Virus record (IMG/VR): IMGVR_UViG_3300046517_001744 | Span: 4,885 to 68,884 of that record | Origin: a virus | Direction: 5' to 3' (one strand) | Length of the DNA stretch: 64,000 nt | Shown: one piece after another, positions 27,941-37,735 of the stretch | Numbering within the stretch: position 1 is the stretch's first letter | Layout: each line of letters opens with the position of its first letter | Position numbers and translations under genes: made by a program | Notes under the pieces: generated by a model | Database searches by the model: none | What the model was told of the DNA's origin: nothing | The model's input: the letters and a program-made list of their open reading frames with translations, nothing else

Positions 27941-29341
27941 CTAGAACCTCCGAAACTGTCCGTCCGCCCCGTAGTAACCCTTGCCGCGATTCGCCGGGTT
28001 CTTCGCGGCCTCCTGCGCCTGCGGCAGCGTCAGCACCGGATAGCCGCTGCGCTCCTGGGGCTTGGCATTGGCGGGCGGCGTCGCCGGCGCCTGGGCTCCT
28101 ATGCCTGCCGTCGTGATCTGCTGCACCAGCTGGGCGGTCCGCTCGGTGATGAAAGCCTGCGCGTCGGGGATCTGCGCCCCCGCCATCGCCGCGTCGGCGA
28201 GCTCGCGCGATGCAGCCATCGTGGCAGCCACCTGGATTTGTTCGGGCGAGAGGTTCTTGCCCTTCAGGCCGCCCGCATAGTCCAGCGCGCCCTGGGTGTC
28301 GCCGGGGTGCGCCTGTAGCCACGCGGCCTGCTTGAGGCTGTAGACGGTCTGCTTCTGGCCGTTGGTGCCGGGCTTGGCGTTGAGCGGGATCGAGCCCTTC
28401 GTCTCCTTGCCGGTGGTCGAGTCGTAGTAGATGCCCACGCCGTCCTTGTCAGTGCCGACGAGGACACTCTTGCCCTGCGGTGTCATCGCCGTCGATTTCG
28501 GATGGGATGGGTCCGTCATATCCACGGAGTACATGACGCCGCCGACGTTATCGATCTTGGCCGGGATCTTCGGTGGCCCCACGCCCGCGCCGCCACGCAT
28601 CATCCGGCCGCGCAGGTAGTTGTCGACCGGGATGATGTCTTGCGCCGCCTGCTGCAACGCCTGGGGGCTATAGGGGCCCGCCTGGTCGCCGATCCCCAGC
28701 GCCTGGACCTGCTTGGCCCACTCCGCGGCCGGGTTCTGCGATTGCGAGACGGCGGTGATCGCCGCGCGCATCTTCTCGAGGTGGTCGAACGAAGCCTGCA
28801 GCTGCTCCGGGGTGTGCCCGGCGAACAGCTGGTCGAAGTTGGTGGCCTGGGCGCCGTTGGTCTGCCCCGCGCCCTCGGCGGCGCCTGCGCCCGCCAGGCC
28901 GCTCTCCGGACCGCCTAGGCCCGTGGGGTTGTCGCTCAGGCCGGCGGCGAGCGCAGCGCTGGGCGATCCAGCGCTATAGGCCCGCGTGACGCGGCCCTGC
29001 AGCTGGGTGGAGAAGCGGCCGATATACTGGCGGGCCTCGTCGACGCCCTTGTCCGCCAGGGTCTGCATCGCCTGGTCCCAGGTATCGGAGTCGGTGGCGA
29101 GCGCGGCGGCGTTGGCGATCAGCGCCTCGTCGGTAGCCACGTTCTTGACCTGCGACGCTTTCTTCTGGTCGGCGAGCGCCAGCGTCGAGGAGTCGCGCTT
29201 GAGCCCGCTCATGGCGATGTCGTCAGGCAGCGTGGCGGCCTCGAGGGTCGCACGGCTGGCCGCGCCCTGCGCCAGCGCCGCCTGCTGCAGCGACTGCGAG
29301 GGCGTGTTGATCTGGAAGTCGCCGAAGCCCGAACCGGCCAT
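27941..29341 (-). CDS. Putative DNA ejection / internal virion protein
   Basis: Ala/Gln/Gly-rich 466 aa between gp7-like and giant genes. Confidence 0.65.
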   Translation of the reverse strand: MAGSGFGDFQINTPSQSLQQAALAQGAASRATLEAATLPDDIAMSGLKRDSSTLALADQKKASQVKNVATDEALIANAAALATDSDTWDQAMQTLADKGVDEARQYIGRFSTQLQGRVTRAYSAGSPSAALAAGLSDNPTGLGGPESGLAGAGAAEGAGQTNGAQATNFDQLFAGHTPEQLQASFDHLEKMRAAITAVSQSQNPAAEWAKQVQALGIGDQAGPYSPQALQQAAQDIIPVDNYLRGRMMRGGAGVGPPKIPAKIDNVGGVMYSVDMTDPSHPKSTAMTPQGKSVLVGTDKDGVGIYYDSTTGKETKGSIPLNAKPGTNGQKQTVYSLKQAAWLQAHPGDTQGALDYAGGLKGKNLSPEQIQVAATMAASRELADAAMAGAQIPDAQAFITERTAQLVQQITTAGIGAQAPATPPANAKPQERSGYPVLTLPQAQEAAKNPANRGKGYYGADGQFRRF

Positions 29342-29344
29342 GAT

Positions 29345-29566
29345 CTACTCCGTCAGGTCGCCAGGCGCCGCGCCCGACGGCATGCCCCCGGGCGGTGCAC
29401 CCATGGCGTCCCCGGGCGATGGCGCACCTGCGGTGGGCGGGAAGGCCGCGGCCGCCGTCGGGAACGCGCTGGCCGGGACCGGCTTCAGCTTCTGCATCCT
29501 GATGTGCGGCTTGGGGCCCATCTTGCGGACCGCGGGCTTGGCGATGTGTGGCTTCTTCATCTTCAT
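29345..29566 (-). CDS. Small basic Pro-rich protein
   Basis: KKPHIAKP..KPHI repeats, coupled start. Confidence 0.55.
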   Translation of the reverse strand: MKMKKPHIAKPAVRKMGPKPHIRMQKLKPVPASAFPTAAAAFPPTAGAPSPGDAMGAPPGGMPSGAAPGDLTE

Positions 29567-30315
29567 GGTCCCCAGAAACCCGAGCCGGGCGAATTTTCGG
29601 TCATCCCGAACCCCCCGCCCGGGAGTGTTGCTACACCACCGCCGGCCGCGCCGCCGCCGTGCTGAAGGGCGTACTGCTGCAGGCTGCTCTGCAGCGTGTT
29701 GGTGACGTTGGCGACGCCGTTGCCCTGCGCGCTGGCCGCATCCAGGCCGCCGGTGAGTTGTGCCTGGCCCGCCTGCCCGGCCGCGGTGGTTCCGAGCGTG
29801 CCGGTTCCGGCGGCGGCGTTCTCACCGAGCGTCGAGGCGTATTCGAGGCCGGAGATGTAGGGCGCCCACGCCTGCTGCATGGCGTAGTCGGTGCCGAACT
29901 TCTGGACGTCCTGCAGCTGCGCGCCGCTGCGCACCAGCCCGCGCGAGGCGGCGCTGCGATCCAGCGCCTGGACACCTTGGTCGCGGCCGAACTGGAAGCC
30001 GGGGAACTGCGATAGCTGCGCGGTGGCCGCGGCAGCGTTCGGACCGCCGCCGCCGGGCCCGAAGCCGAAGATCTGCGCCAGCTGGGAAAGCGCCGAAGTG
30101 CCGGTCGAGGTGAAGGGCGCCAGGCGCGCCTCGTTGCGGTTGAACATCTCGAGGTTGGTGTCGGCCGCGGTGGTGGCCGCGCTCTTGGCGCCCTTCGCGG
30201 CCATGTTGCCCGCGATCAGGGAACCGCCCGCACCGATGGCCGCGCCCGCCAGCGTTGCGCCTGCGGTCGTTCCGAGAAAGCTTCCGGCGGCGGCGACGAG
30301 ACCGGCTATTGGCAT
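29563..30315 (-). CDS. P22 gp7-like DNA transfer protein
   Basis: Gly/Ala N-terminus, LAPF..TG..AL, PGFQF..DQG..ALDRSAASRG..SGA. Confidence 0.75.
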   Translation of the reverse strand: MPIAGLVAAAGSFLGTTAGATLAGAAIGAGGSLIAGNMAAKGAKSAATTAADTNLEMFNRNEARLAPFTSTGTSALSQLAQIFGFGPGGGGPNAAAATAQLSQFPGFQFGRDQGVQALDRSAASRGLVRSGAQLQDVQKFGTDYAMQQAWAPYISGLEYASTLGENAAAGTGTLGTTAAGQAGQAQLTGGLDAASAQGNGVANVTNTLQSSLQQYALQHGGGAAGGGVATLPGGGFGMTENSPGSGFWGP

Positions 30316-30773
30316 TGACGCCTCCCTGCGGGCGAAGCGAACCATGCGTCGACCGTGAGCAACCACGTCCGCGCGTCGCCGATGAATGTGTCGGTGCCCA
30401 TCATCGGCCCGACGCAGCGGAACCCGAACGATAGCGGCGGCCGCGAGCGCGGGTTGGCGCCCACCTCATGGGTGACGATCAGCACGCACGACGTCTCGCT
30501 GAAGACGCGCGTGAACGCTTCCTTCGCCGCGGCATGGACTTCGCGGCCCCAACCGGCCGGGGTGAACATCGTGTGCAGCTCGCTGACGCGCCCGAAGGGG
30601 TCAAGCGTGTTGAACCAGAACCCGCCGTGCTGCGCGGCCAGGGGCAGGATGTCCTCGCGCGTCAGGCTCTGCGCCAGGCTGTCGCGGTCGGGCGAATAGC
30701 GCATCGCCGCCACCACCGCCGGATCGGAGAGGACGTCCATCCAGAAGTCGGGGTTGCGCTCTTCGCGGATCAT
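30306..30773 (-). CDS. GNAT-like protein (P22 gp14-like position)
   Basis: ELHTMFTPAGWGRE, SFGFRCVG; located before the ejection genes. Confidence 0.55.
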   Translation of the reverse strand: MIREERNPDFWMDVLSDPAVVAAMRYSPDRDSLAQSLTREDILPLAAQHGGFWFNTLDPFGRVSELHTMFTPAGWGREVHAAAKEAFTRVFSETSCVLIVTHEVGANPRSRPPLSFGFRCVGPMMGTDTFIGDARTWLLTVDAWFASPAGRRQCQ

Positions 30774-31078
30774 GAGCCCACCGTCCCGCGTCCGGTGAGC
30801 GTCACCCGCGAAGCCGTCGCCGCGGCGCTGAGGGTATCGCCCAGGCCCAGCGTGCGCCCGATGATCGCGTCGAGGTCCCAGGTCTGGCCCGGGTGAAGGG
30901 CGTAGGTCGAGGTGACGGCCGCGCCGCCGACGGGCTGCCAGACCACCGTGGCGGGAACCACGCCGGAGGCCGCCGAGCGCAGATGGAGCTCGTCGACGCG
31001 CACGGGCTCGGCGATGGTCAGGAACACCGCCATCTCGCGGGGAAGTTCAAACGGCTCGAAGAGGTCTCGGGCTTCCAC
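30770..31078 (-). CDS. Hypothetical structural-region protein
   Basis: 102 aa beta-rich, GAGG SD. Confidence 0.55.
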   Translation of the reverse strand: MEARDLFEPFELPREMAVFLTIAEPVRVDELHLRSAASGVVPATVVWQPVGGAAVTSTYALHPGQTWDLDAIIGRTLGLGDTLSAAATASRVTLTGRGTVGS

Positions 31079-31099
31079 GGCTTGCCTCGCTGACTGTGT

Positions 31100-31133
31100 G
31101 GCGCCGTGACTTCGCCTTGCGCTGGGATAGCAC
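31100..31133 (-). promoter_or_regulatory. Late-region intergenic motif, copy 2
   Basis: Same 17-mer plus TAGCAC; TTGACC upstream on the minus strand. Confidence 0.6.
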
Positions 31134-31155
31134 GCCTCGCGCGCCGGTCAAAACC

Positions 31156-31581
31156 TCAGCCGTCGCCAGGCAAGCGCTGAGGCTGCACGCGGGGCGGCTG
31201 TTGCCCCGTCCCCGGCGGTGGCGCGTCGGGCGGAAGGTCCACCGGCTCTTCGCGGCTGTCGAGGAGGTCCCACGTCAGGCCGACGATCCAGGGCGCCACC
31301 GTCTTCTCGATGCGCAGCTTCAGCACCTGGATCTGGCCGGCGTCAAGATCGATGACGCCGCCGTCCTTGATCCGGTGGGCCAGGGTGTAGAGGCGGTACG
31401 CCAGGTTGGGCGTCTCGCTGTCGTGCGCCTGGGGCACGAGCAGTGCGTTCATGCAGATGAGCTTGAGGGTCGTGTCCTCCGTGATCGGGGTCACGCCATC
31501 TTCCTTGAAAGCGCCGGTCGCGGCGGGGAAGGGCTTGCCGTTCGCGGCGAGAAGCACCGTGTCGAGGTCGATCTTGGCCAT
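31156..31581 (-). CDS. Hypothetical protein (possible tail assembly chaperone)
   Basis: 141 aa downstream of tail protein, TLKLICMNALL...LAHRI. Confidence 0.6.
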   Translation of the reverse strand: MAKIDLDTVLLAANGKPFPAATGAFKEDGVTPITEDTTLKLICMNALLVPQAHDSETPNLAYRLYTLAHRIKDGGVIDLDAGQIQVLKLRIEKTVAPWIVGLTWDLLDSREEPVDLPPDAPPPGTGQQPPRVQPQRLPGDG

Positions 31582-31591
31582 GCCTGGGTTC

Positions 31592-33511
31592 CTATGGGGC
31601 GACGAGGGTGTCTGTCGTCCCGTTGAACCAGTACACTGCTGCGCCGATGTTGTGGAAGTAGCCGCCGCTCGGCAGGATCAAGTTGCCCGCGACGTGGATC
31701 TGCGAGCCGAAGTTGACCGCGTTGTTGAAGTTGATGCTGTCGGGCCGCACGCGCATGCGAGAGCCCCCCACGCGGTCGATCTTCACGTCGATGAAGTCGC
31801 TCGTGCCGTCGTTGCCGGAGCCGATGTAGATGTCGCCCGGCGTGTTGCCGTACATGGCCGCGAAGATGCCGTTGGGATCGGTCCCGCGGCCGCCGGCCGT
31901 GACGGTCGAGTTCATGTACCAGCGATGGCCCAGCGCGGTCTGGAACGCGGGCTGCACGGCCGGGTCGGCGGTCTGGCCGATGAGGTTGAGGCGCGAGGTG
32001 TCGAACGCCACGCGGGCCCAGCCGCCCATGGTGTAGAAGCAGTCGATGGGGCAGGCCAGGCCGGTGATGACGCTGATGCCGGTGGACTGCGACCAGTCGC
32101 GCCCCCAATAGACACCGTGGGCCTGGGTGTCGTTGGTGCGCGGGAAGCTCTGGACGTCGGCGATCACGGTGACGTTGTGGCCGTTGTCGACGTACTGCAT
32201 CTCGATGCCGGTGGCGTAGAGCACGTCGCCACTGAACGAGGCCGAACCGCCGAAGAGCCCCACCGTCGAGGTCATCACCCAATGGTCCTGGCCGGCGGTG
32301 CGCTGGTAGCCGTTGCCGACCACCGCCACGATGGCGTAGGCGTCGCCGCCGCCGAAGTGGTTGAGCTCCATGTAGGAGATCGGGTCCATCGTGCGCAGGC
32401 CGAGCGTCAGCAGATTGTGGATCGGGTAGTTGTTGGCCAGGCCGCCGGTCCAGGTGAGCGTCGTCGAGCTCGTCACGGTGACGGCGCGCTGTTCGGCGAT
32501 TGAGCCAGCGGGCCCGAAGAAGCCGAGGATGTCGCCGGTGGTGATGCCGTCCGTCGAATTGACCGTGGCGCCCGTGGAGCCCGCCGCCGCCGCCACCGTC
32601 AGGAAGCAGGTGCCCCCCGAGTAGCCGGAGAGGTTGTTGAACTGCTCCCAATGCGGCGTGATCGTCGTCTCGTAATAGACTTCGCTCAGCGACTTGCGCA
32701 GGTTTCCGCCGGGGATCAGCCGCCCGAGGATCGTGTAGCGCGCATCGATGTGGCTGAGGTCGCCGCTGAAGTTGTAGTTGGACGTCCCCGAGGGCAGCAC
32801 GCCGCGCGTGGGCGATGTCGTGATCCACACGAAGGCGGCCGGGACATAGTCGCCGGTCGCGGTGAAGTGGTAGTTGCCGACGCCCTGGGCGCGCTTGTTC
32901 AGCAGCCGCGGCGTCGAGAGTGAGTTGGCGACGACGCCCTCGATCCAGACGGTGTGCTGCGTCGCATCGGCCAGCCAGGCAGTGATCGCGGCTGCGTCGT
33001 CGGTGACGCCGTTCTCCACCGCGCCGTAGAAGGTCAGGGGATGGAACGGCGGCGCTGCGCCACCCCCGCCGCCGGGCTGCCACGACACGCCCACCGCCGC
33101 GACGCTGTCGGCCGTCAGGACGTAGCCGTTCGGGCCCACGGGTACGCGCGTGTTGGCGCCGGCGAAGCCCCAGAGGTCGCCCTTGACGAAGAGGGGCGAG
33201 ATGAGCGCCAGCAGATCGCCGGCCGAGTTGGCGGCGACCACGTCGCGGCCAAAGGAGGTGAAATCCGTCACCGCCATCGTGCCGCCGAAGATGAAGTAGG
33301 GCAGCTTGTCGATGCCGCCTACCAGGCCCGCGAGCGCGGTGACGTTGGCCGGGATACCGATGATGCTCGACCAGAGGACGGCGCCGCTGCCGCCGCCCGT
33401 GCTGAGCAGCTGCAGGAACTCGAGCGCCGTGGGCGTCAGCGTGACGGGCCGGCCCTCCGGCGTCGTGCCCCAAGGAAGCTGTAGGGCCGGAGGAACGGCG
33501 GCCGCCGCCAT
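31592..33511 (-). CDS. Tail spike/needle-like protein
   Basis: Follows gp10-like gene; KGDL...RVPVGPNGYVLTADS and YGAVENGVTDDAAAI spike motifs. Confidence 0.7.
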   Translation of the reverse strand: MAAAAVPPALQLPWGTTPEGRPVTLTPTALEFLQLLSTGGGSGAVLWSSIIGIPANVTALAGLVGGIDKLPYFIFGGTMAVTDFTSFGRDVVAANSAGDLLALISPLFVKGDLWGFAGANTRVPVGPNGYVLTADSVAAVGVSWQPGGGGGAAPPFHPLTFYGAVENGVTDDAAAITAWLADATQHTVWIEGVVANSLSTPRLLNKRAQGVGNYHFTATGDYVPAAFVWITTSPTRGVLPSGTSNYNFSGDLSHIDARYTILGRLIPGGNLRKSLSEVYYETTITPHWEQFNNLSGYSGGTCFLTVAAAAGSTGATVNSTDGITTGDILGFFGPAGSIAEQRAVTVTSSTTLTWTGGLANNYPIHNLLTLGLRTMDPISYMELNHFGGGDAYAIVAVVGNGYQRTAGQDHWVMTSTVGLFGGSASFSGDVLYATGIEMQYVDNGHNVTVIADVQSFPRTNDTQAHGVYWGRDWSQSTGISVITGLACPIDCFYTMGGWARVAFDTSRLNLIGQTADPAVQPAFQTALGHRWYMNSTVTAGGRGTDPNGIFAAMYGNTPGDIYIGSGNDGTSDFIDVKIDRVGGSRMRVRPDSINFNNAVNFGSQIHVAGNLILPSGGYFHNIGAAVYWFNGTTDTLVAP

Positions 33512-34929
33512 CAGGAGAACCCGGGCTCGATGTCTGCGTGCGCGGCGATGATTGCGCGGCGCACCGGGTCGGTGATCTCGAGGCGCCAACCCATCTGGCG
33601 GCCGCGGCCCTGGCGCAGCCAGCGCAGCCGCTTGGCGAACTCACCCTGCTTGCCCATCGAGCGCCAGGGCTGCTGGGCGCTGAAGGTCTTGCCCCCGTCG
33701 GTGGTGCGGCGAAGCATGATCTTGGGATCCGAGCCGTCGCCGGTGGTCAGGCCGACGCCGGCCTCGATGTCGAGCTCGAAGCGGTGGCAGAAGAGGTAGT
33801 TGCGGTCGGCGTGCTGCGTGACGGTGTCGATCAGGCCGCGCATCGGCAGCGAATACTCCTTGAAGAAGTCCCAATCGACCTGGCCGATGCGTCCGTCGAA
33901 GGCGTCGCCCACGAGGGTCGTATCGTAGGCGTCCAGGGCGTTGCGCACCCGGTAGCGGCCCAGCGAGATGAAATTCGCATCGACGCTGTCGCGCTCATGC
34001 CAGCGGCCGGTCGAGATGTCGTAGCAGAGCGTGACCGCCTGGTGCGGCAGCGTCAGGAAGATGAGCTTGTGGCCCTCGATCGTGAGCGTGAAGCACTCGG
34101 CCAGCGCGATGTCAGGCTCCGCGGCGATGAAGCGCTCGATGGGGTGGGTAGAGATGCGGATGGGGACGTTCGCCTGCAGCCGGTAGAAGACATGGTCGAC
34201 GCCCAGGAAGAAAAGCGCGCCGTCCGTCTTGACGATGCTGAAGGGCGAGATGGTCCCGTAGTTGATGATCCCGCCCGTGTAGCGCGCGAAGGGGAAGGAG
34301 GCCGCGCCGGAGTCGTACCAAATCTCGATGTGGTCGGTGCAGAAGATGAAGACCAGCTGCAGGTTCTGCTGCACCGCGATGACGTTGCCGGGCGCGCCCT
34401 CGGCGCTGGCGAAGTCCAGGCCGGAATAGGTGCGCCCATCGAAGAGCGCGGAGATGAACCACTGGTTCGTGTTCAGGTGGTCGAACAGGAAGTAGCCGTC
34501 CATGTAGGTGACGGTCGCGGCCGGCGAGAACGCGGGCGAGGTGATCTGCTCGAACCCGTTGACGAAGTCGAAAGTCCACCCCTTGTTTCCGTTGACGATG
34601 ATCGCCTGCAGGCCGTTCGAGGCCATGCCGACGGGCCCGGTGCCGGCGATCCCCTCGCCCAGGACGAAGGCGTTGCCATCGGCGCGCACCTCGAAGAGTT
34701 GGTCCCCCTGCACGAAGAGCGCGCTCGTCTGGAAGAGAAGCGATCCGCGGCTCGGGCTGCCCGGCTGGCCGGTGCTCGAGAAGAACGTCAGGCCGGCGCA
34801 GCCGAAGAGCGGCGCCTGGCCCTTGGCCTCGGCGGGCTGGCGCTCGGTCATCCAATTCAGCAGATGCTCGTTGTTGAGCTGCGGCGCGCGGCTGCGGCTC
34901 GTTTCGATGGCGAGGAGGATCTCGGCCAT
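33511..34929 (-). CDS. P22 gp10-like tail hub / packaged DNA stabilisation protein
   Basis: TVTYMDGYF, FASAEGAPG, RISTHPIE, TLCYD..TGRWHER, GKQGEF..RLRWLRQG. Confidence 0.85.
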   Translation of the reverse strand: MAEILLAIETSRSRAPQLNNEHLLNWMTERQPAEAKGQAPLFGCAGLTFFSSTGQPGSPSRGSLLFQTSALFVQGDQLFEVRADGNAFVLGEGIAGTGPVGMASNGLQAIIVNGNKGWTFDFVNGFEQITSPAFSPAATVTYMDGYFLFDHLNTNQWFISALFDGRTYSGLDFASAEGAPGNVIAVQQNLQLVFIFCTDHIEIWYDSGAASFPFARYTGGIINYGTISPFSIVKTDGALFFLGVDHVFYRLQANVPIRISTHPIERFIAAEPDIALAECFTLTIEGHKLIFLTLPHQAVTLCYDISTGRWHERDSVDANFISLGRYRVRNALDAYDTTLVGDAFDGRIGQVDWDFFKEYSLPMRGLIDTVTQHADRNYLFCHRFELDIEAGVGLTTGDGSDPKIMLRRTTDGGKTFSAQQPWRSMGKQGEFAKRLRWLRQGRGRQMGWRLEITDPVRRAIIAAHADIEPGFS

Positions 34930-34932
34930 GGA

Positions 34933-35901
34933 TCACCCCGCGCCGGTGGAATTGTCGATGCCGAACTGCACCGGCTCGCTCTCGCGGTCGTAGCTCACGA
35001 CAACCATGGCGTAGGTGTCGGCCATCTCCTTGATGCGGTCCCAGGTGGGCGCCGGGACGCCGAAGCCGGGCGCGAGCTCCTTCGAGAGGTTCCACTGCAA
35101 CGGCAGCACCCACTCCTGCGGGAAGTCAGCCGTGTTCGTCGGCACGAGGAAGTCCTGCAGCGGCCTGTACCAGGTGAAGCGCATCGCCCAGCTTGAGAAC
35201 TGCGGGACCGGCCAGGGGTAGAGGAGGCCCTCGTCACGCCGCGGCGAATAGAACCATTGCGTCGGCGTGCCCGGCGCGTCCTTGTCTGGCAGGTCCATGT
35301 AGCCCTGGCGCGAGAGGATCGTCATGGGCGTCTCGTTCAGGCCGTTCAGGGTGAGCAGCCGCGCGGCGGGGATCTTGAGCGGGCGCGAAATCTTGGTGGT
35401 GTAGGCCAGCGCATAGTTGCCGGCGTCGGCGCCGACCAGCAGCGCGGCGCCCAGCGCCACGACGTTGCCCACCGGCGGCGTCGGGACCGTGAACCACTCT
35501 GTCAGGCCGCTGTTGTCGACCACGCCCAGACGCATGCCGACGGCCACCAGCGCACCCTGGCCGGTCTGCAGCGTGACGTGGGTAGCGCCCAACGCGGCCG
35601 GCGCCGCCAGCGTGAGCTCGAGCCAGTCGGCCTCGTCGGAGGTCTCGGCAGTCGGCGCCGAGCCGCCGATGACGTAGCGCTTCACGCGGGGTTGCAGGAA
35701 GAGGATGGCCTCTTCTTCGGCCCAGACGTGCGAACCGGTCGCCTCGATCGTCTTGACCATGCCGTTCAGCTTGCGCAGGCCGCTCTGATAGTCTTCCGCG
35801 GTGGGGTTCTCGTCCTCGGCGATGGAGCCGATGTTGAGGTGGGCGTCCCTGATGATGCCGAGCAGATCGGGGTTCCAATCCGCGACGCCTGAGGTACTCA
35901 T
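34933..35901 (-). CDS. Head-tail adaptor (gp4-like)
   Basis: IIRDAH..IG...GLRKLNGM, GTPTQWFY, LYPWPVP, FPQEW..PLQWNL. Confidence 0.7.
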   Translation of the reverse strand: MSTSGVADWNPDLLGIIRDAHLNIGSIAEDENPTAEDYQSGLRKLNGMVKTIEATGSHVWAEEEAILFLQPRVKRYVIGGSAPTAETSDEADWLELTLAAPAALGATHVTLQTGQGALVAVGMRLGVVDNSGLTEWFTVPTPPVGNVVALGAALLVGADAGNYALAYTTKISRPLKIPAARLLTLNGLNETPMTILSRQGYMDLPDKDAPGTPTQWFYSPRRDEGLLYPWPVPQFSSWAMRFTWYRPLQDFLVPTNTADFPQEWVLPLQWNLSKELAPGFGVPAPTWDRIKEMADTYAMVVVSYDRESEPVQFGIDNSTGAG

Positions 35902-36371
35902 ACCGGCTCCTGTCCCGCCGGGACGTGCGGCGTGTTGTTCGTCACCAAGTTGCCTGCGGCCGCCCGGTTGGGCAGCCCCGCCGCCAGGGTGAGCGTGCCG
36001 GCGCCAGGGGGCGCGGCCAGGTGGGTCGTGAAGTTGACGCCGGTGTCCAGCATGACGCTGACCGAGTCGCCGTTCGCGAAGCCGGCCGTCGAGGCCACGT
36101 CGAGCACAGTCTGGTGCACGGCCGCGGCGTCGGCCAACTGCACGAAAGTGGGGCCGACGAAGAAGTTGGGGGGCAGCGGGCGCGCCTTGGGCACGCTCTG
36201 GTCATCCCTGACGCCCTTGACCAGATCCTGCGGCTGGCGCGCCTCCCACACGTCGGTGCCGACGATCAGGCCGTTCCACTCCTCGCGCGTCTCCTCGGCG
36301 CGCCTGGGGAACCCGGTGCGATCGTCCTTCCGATAGAAGCTGCCGGGGACGTAGTGCAGATTGCGCCCCAA
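35898..36371 (-). CDS. Conserved phage structural-region protein
   Basis: DDRTGF...EEWNGLIV...WEARQPQD. Confidence 0.7.
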   Translation of the reverse strand: MGRNLHYVPGSFYRKDDRTGFPRRAEETREEWNGLIVGTDVWEARQPQDLVKGVRDDQSVPKARPLPPNFFVGPTFVQLADAAAVHQTVLDVASTAGFANGDSVSVMLDTGVNFTTHLAAPPGAGTLTLAAGLPNRAAAGNLVTNNTPHVPAGQEPV

Positions 36372-36461
36372 CTCGCCCTCCTACGCTTCGTGCCTGGCGC
36401 GAATCGAATTGACCGCGCGCTCGAGCTCTGGACTTATAGCGCTACACCACAGGAGATCATC

Positions 36462-36569
36462 ATGCTCAACTTCATCCGCCATCTCTGGGCCGAGCTGTTC
36501 GGCCTGGAGCATTGGCATCCCGACAGTTACGGCGAGCGAGTGCGGCGCCGCGCTCTGGGCGACCTGTGA
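36462..36569 (+). CDS. Small antisense-strand peptide (35 aa)
   Basis: ACACCACAGGAGA leader/SD before ATG. Confidence 0.5.
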   Translation: MLNFIRHLWAELFGLEHWHPDSYGERVRRRALGDL

Positions 36570-36648
36570 TGGGCTGGATCATCCGCGCCCTCAGGGCCTA
36601 CTGGCGGGCCGTCTGCGAGCCATGCTCTTGGTCGCAGGAGGACCAATC

Positions 36649-36852
36649 ATGGTGACAACCCAAGAGCCAGCCCCGATGATCGACCTACAGCTATGGATCA
36701 GGCTGATCGTCATCGTGACCGTCCTCGCGGCATTCGGAGCCTTGTGCTTCTACATGTGGACGTCGGAAGACGCCGCTAAGGCCGCCCGCGAAAAGGTTTG
36801 TGTCGAAGCCCACCTGTTCTTTGATCCTCATACCCTGCTGTGCGAGCCCTAA
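36649..36852 (+). CDS. Small single-TM membrane protein
   Basis: AGGAGG SD, TM helix, C-terminal Cys pair. Confidence 0.55.
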   Translation: MVTTQEPAPMIDLQLWIRLIVIVTVLAAFGALCFYMWTSEDAAKAAREKVCVEAHLFFDPHTLLCEP

Positions 36853-37727
36853 AGGCACGTCCCGTCCGCCCATGCCGCCTTCCCGGCGCCTGCGCTGGCC
36901 GTGTTGCCGCAAGCCGCCGTATTGCCCCCCACGACGTTGACGGACACGCGGTTGGGCGCGCCGGGCAGCGTGTGGACGTGGTTGTTCTTCACCGCGCAGT
37001 CCTGCCCGTCGTAGAGCGCGATACCCTGCGGCTGAGAACCGACTACCGTGTTGTCGTGGATCGAGATGCGCAGATGACCCGGATTGGGCCGGAAAGACGT
37101 GACGCCCTGGGTGTCGCCATGGATCAGGTTGTAGGCCACCTCGATGTCGGATGATGGAGCCGTGCCGGCCACGGTGTCGGCCAGTTGGATGCCGTCTCGG
37201 TGCCCATCGTCTACCGCATGCGAGCCGCAGATGACGTTGTGCGTGACCCGGCCGCGCCAGCACGAATAGATGTCCACCCCGTCGAGACTCATGCAGGTGA
37301 GCGTGTTGCCGACGATGCTGAAGCCGTCGACGTTCTGGAGCGCGACGCTGACGCGGGCGTTGCCGATACGAGAACTCTCCAGGCTGCAGTCCATGCTGTC
37401 CCGGAAAGTGACACCGGGCCCACCCGAGGCGTCGATGGTCACGCCACTGACCTTCACATGGGCGCTATGCCCGCCGACGTAGAGCGCGCCCAGCCAGTCC
37501 CCGGCCAGAGCCTTGAACATCCCGCCGATGATCGTGACGCCTTGCGCGGCGTCGAGGTGCAGGTTGACGAGCGTGGCTTTCGACAGGTCCAGCGTCAGCG
37601 GTGGCGAGAAAGTACGGCCTTTCAACGCCACATGATCGAACGCGCCCACCAGCTGCACGGTGTCGCCTGGCTGGGCTGCTTTCAACTGCACGATGACGTC
37701 GGCAGCCGTGGCGATGAGGATGGTCAT
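36849..37727 (-). CDS. Right-handed parallel beta-helix protein
   Basis: LKAAQPGDTVQL, repeated N-stack/DG motifs, HRDGIQ. Confidence 0.8.
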   Translation of the reverse strand: MTILIATAADVIVQLKAAQPGDTVQLVGAFDHVALKGRTFSPPLTLDLSKATLVNLHLDAAQGVTIIGGMFKALAGDWLGALYVGGHSAHVKVSGVTIDASGGPGVTFRDSMDCSLESSRIGNARVSVALQNVDGFSIVGNTLTCMSLDGVDIYSCWRGRVTHNVICGSHAVDDGHRDGIQLADTVAGTAPSSDIEVAYNLIHGDTQGVTSFRPNPGHLRISIHDNTVVGSQPQGIALYDGQDCAVKNNHVHTLPGAPNRVSVNVVGGNTAACGNTASAGAGKAAWADGTCL

Positions 37728-37735
37728 GAGTCCTC

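Noticed and set aside
12642-28318. Many long plus-strand ORFs (e.g. 25589-28318, 16655-18628, 12642-14405)
   Set aside because: Antisense shadows of high-GC minus-strand genes; V/L/R/G-rich with no motifs or SDs
29633-29639. Extra ACACCAC occurrence
   Set aside because: Inside a coding region, antisense, with no SD or start following
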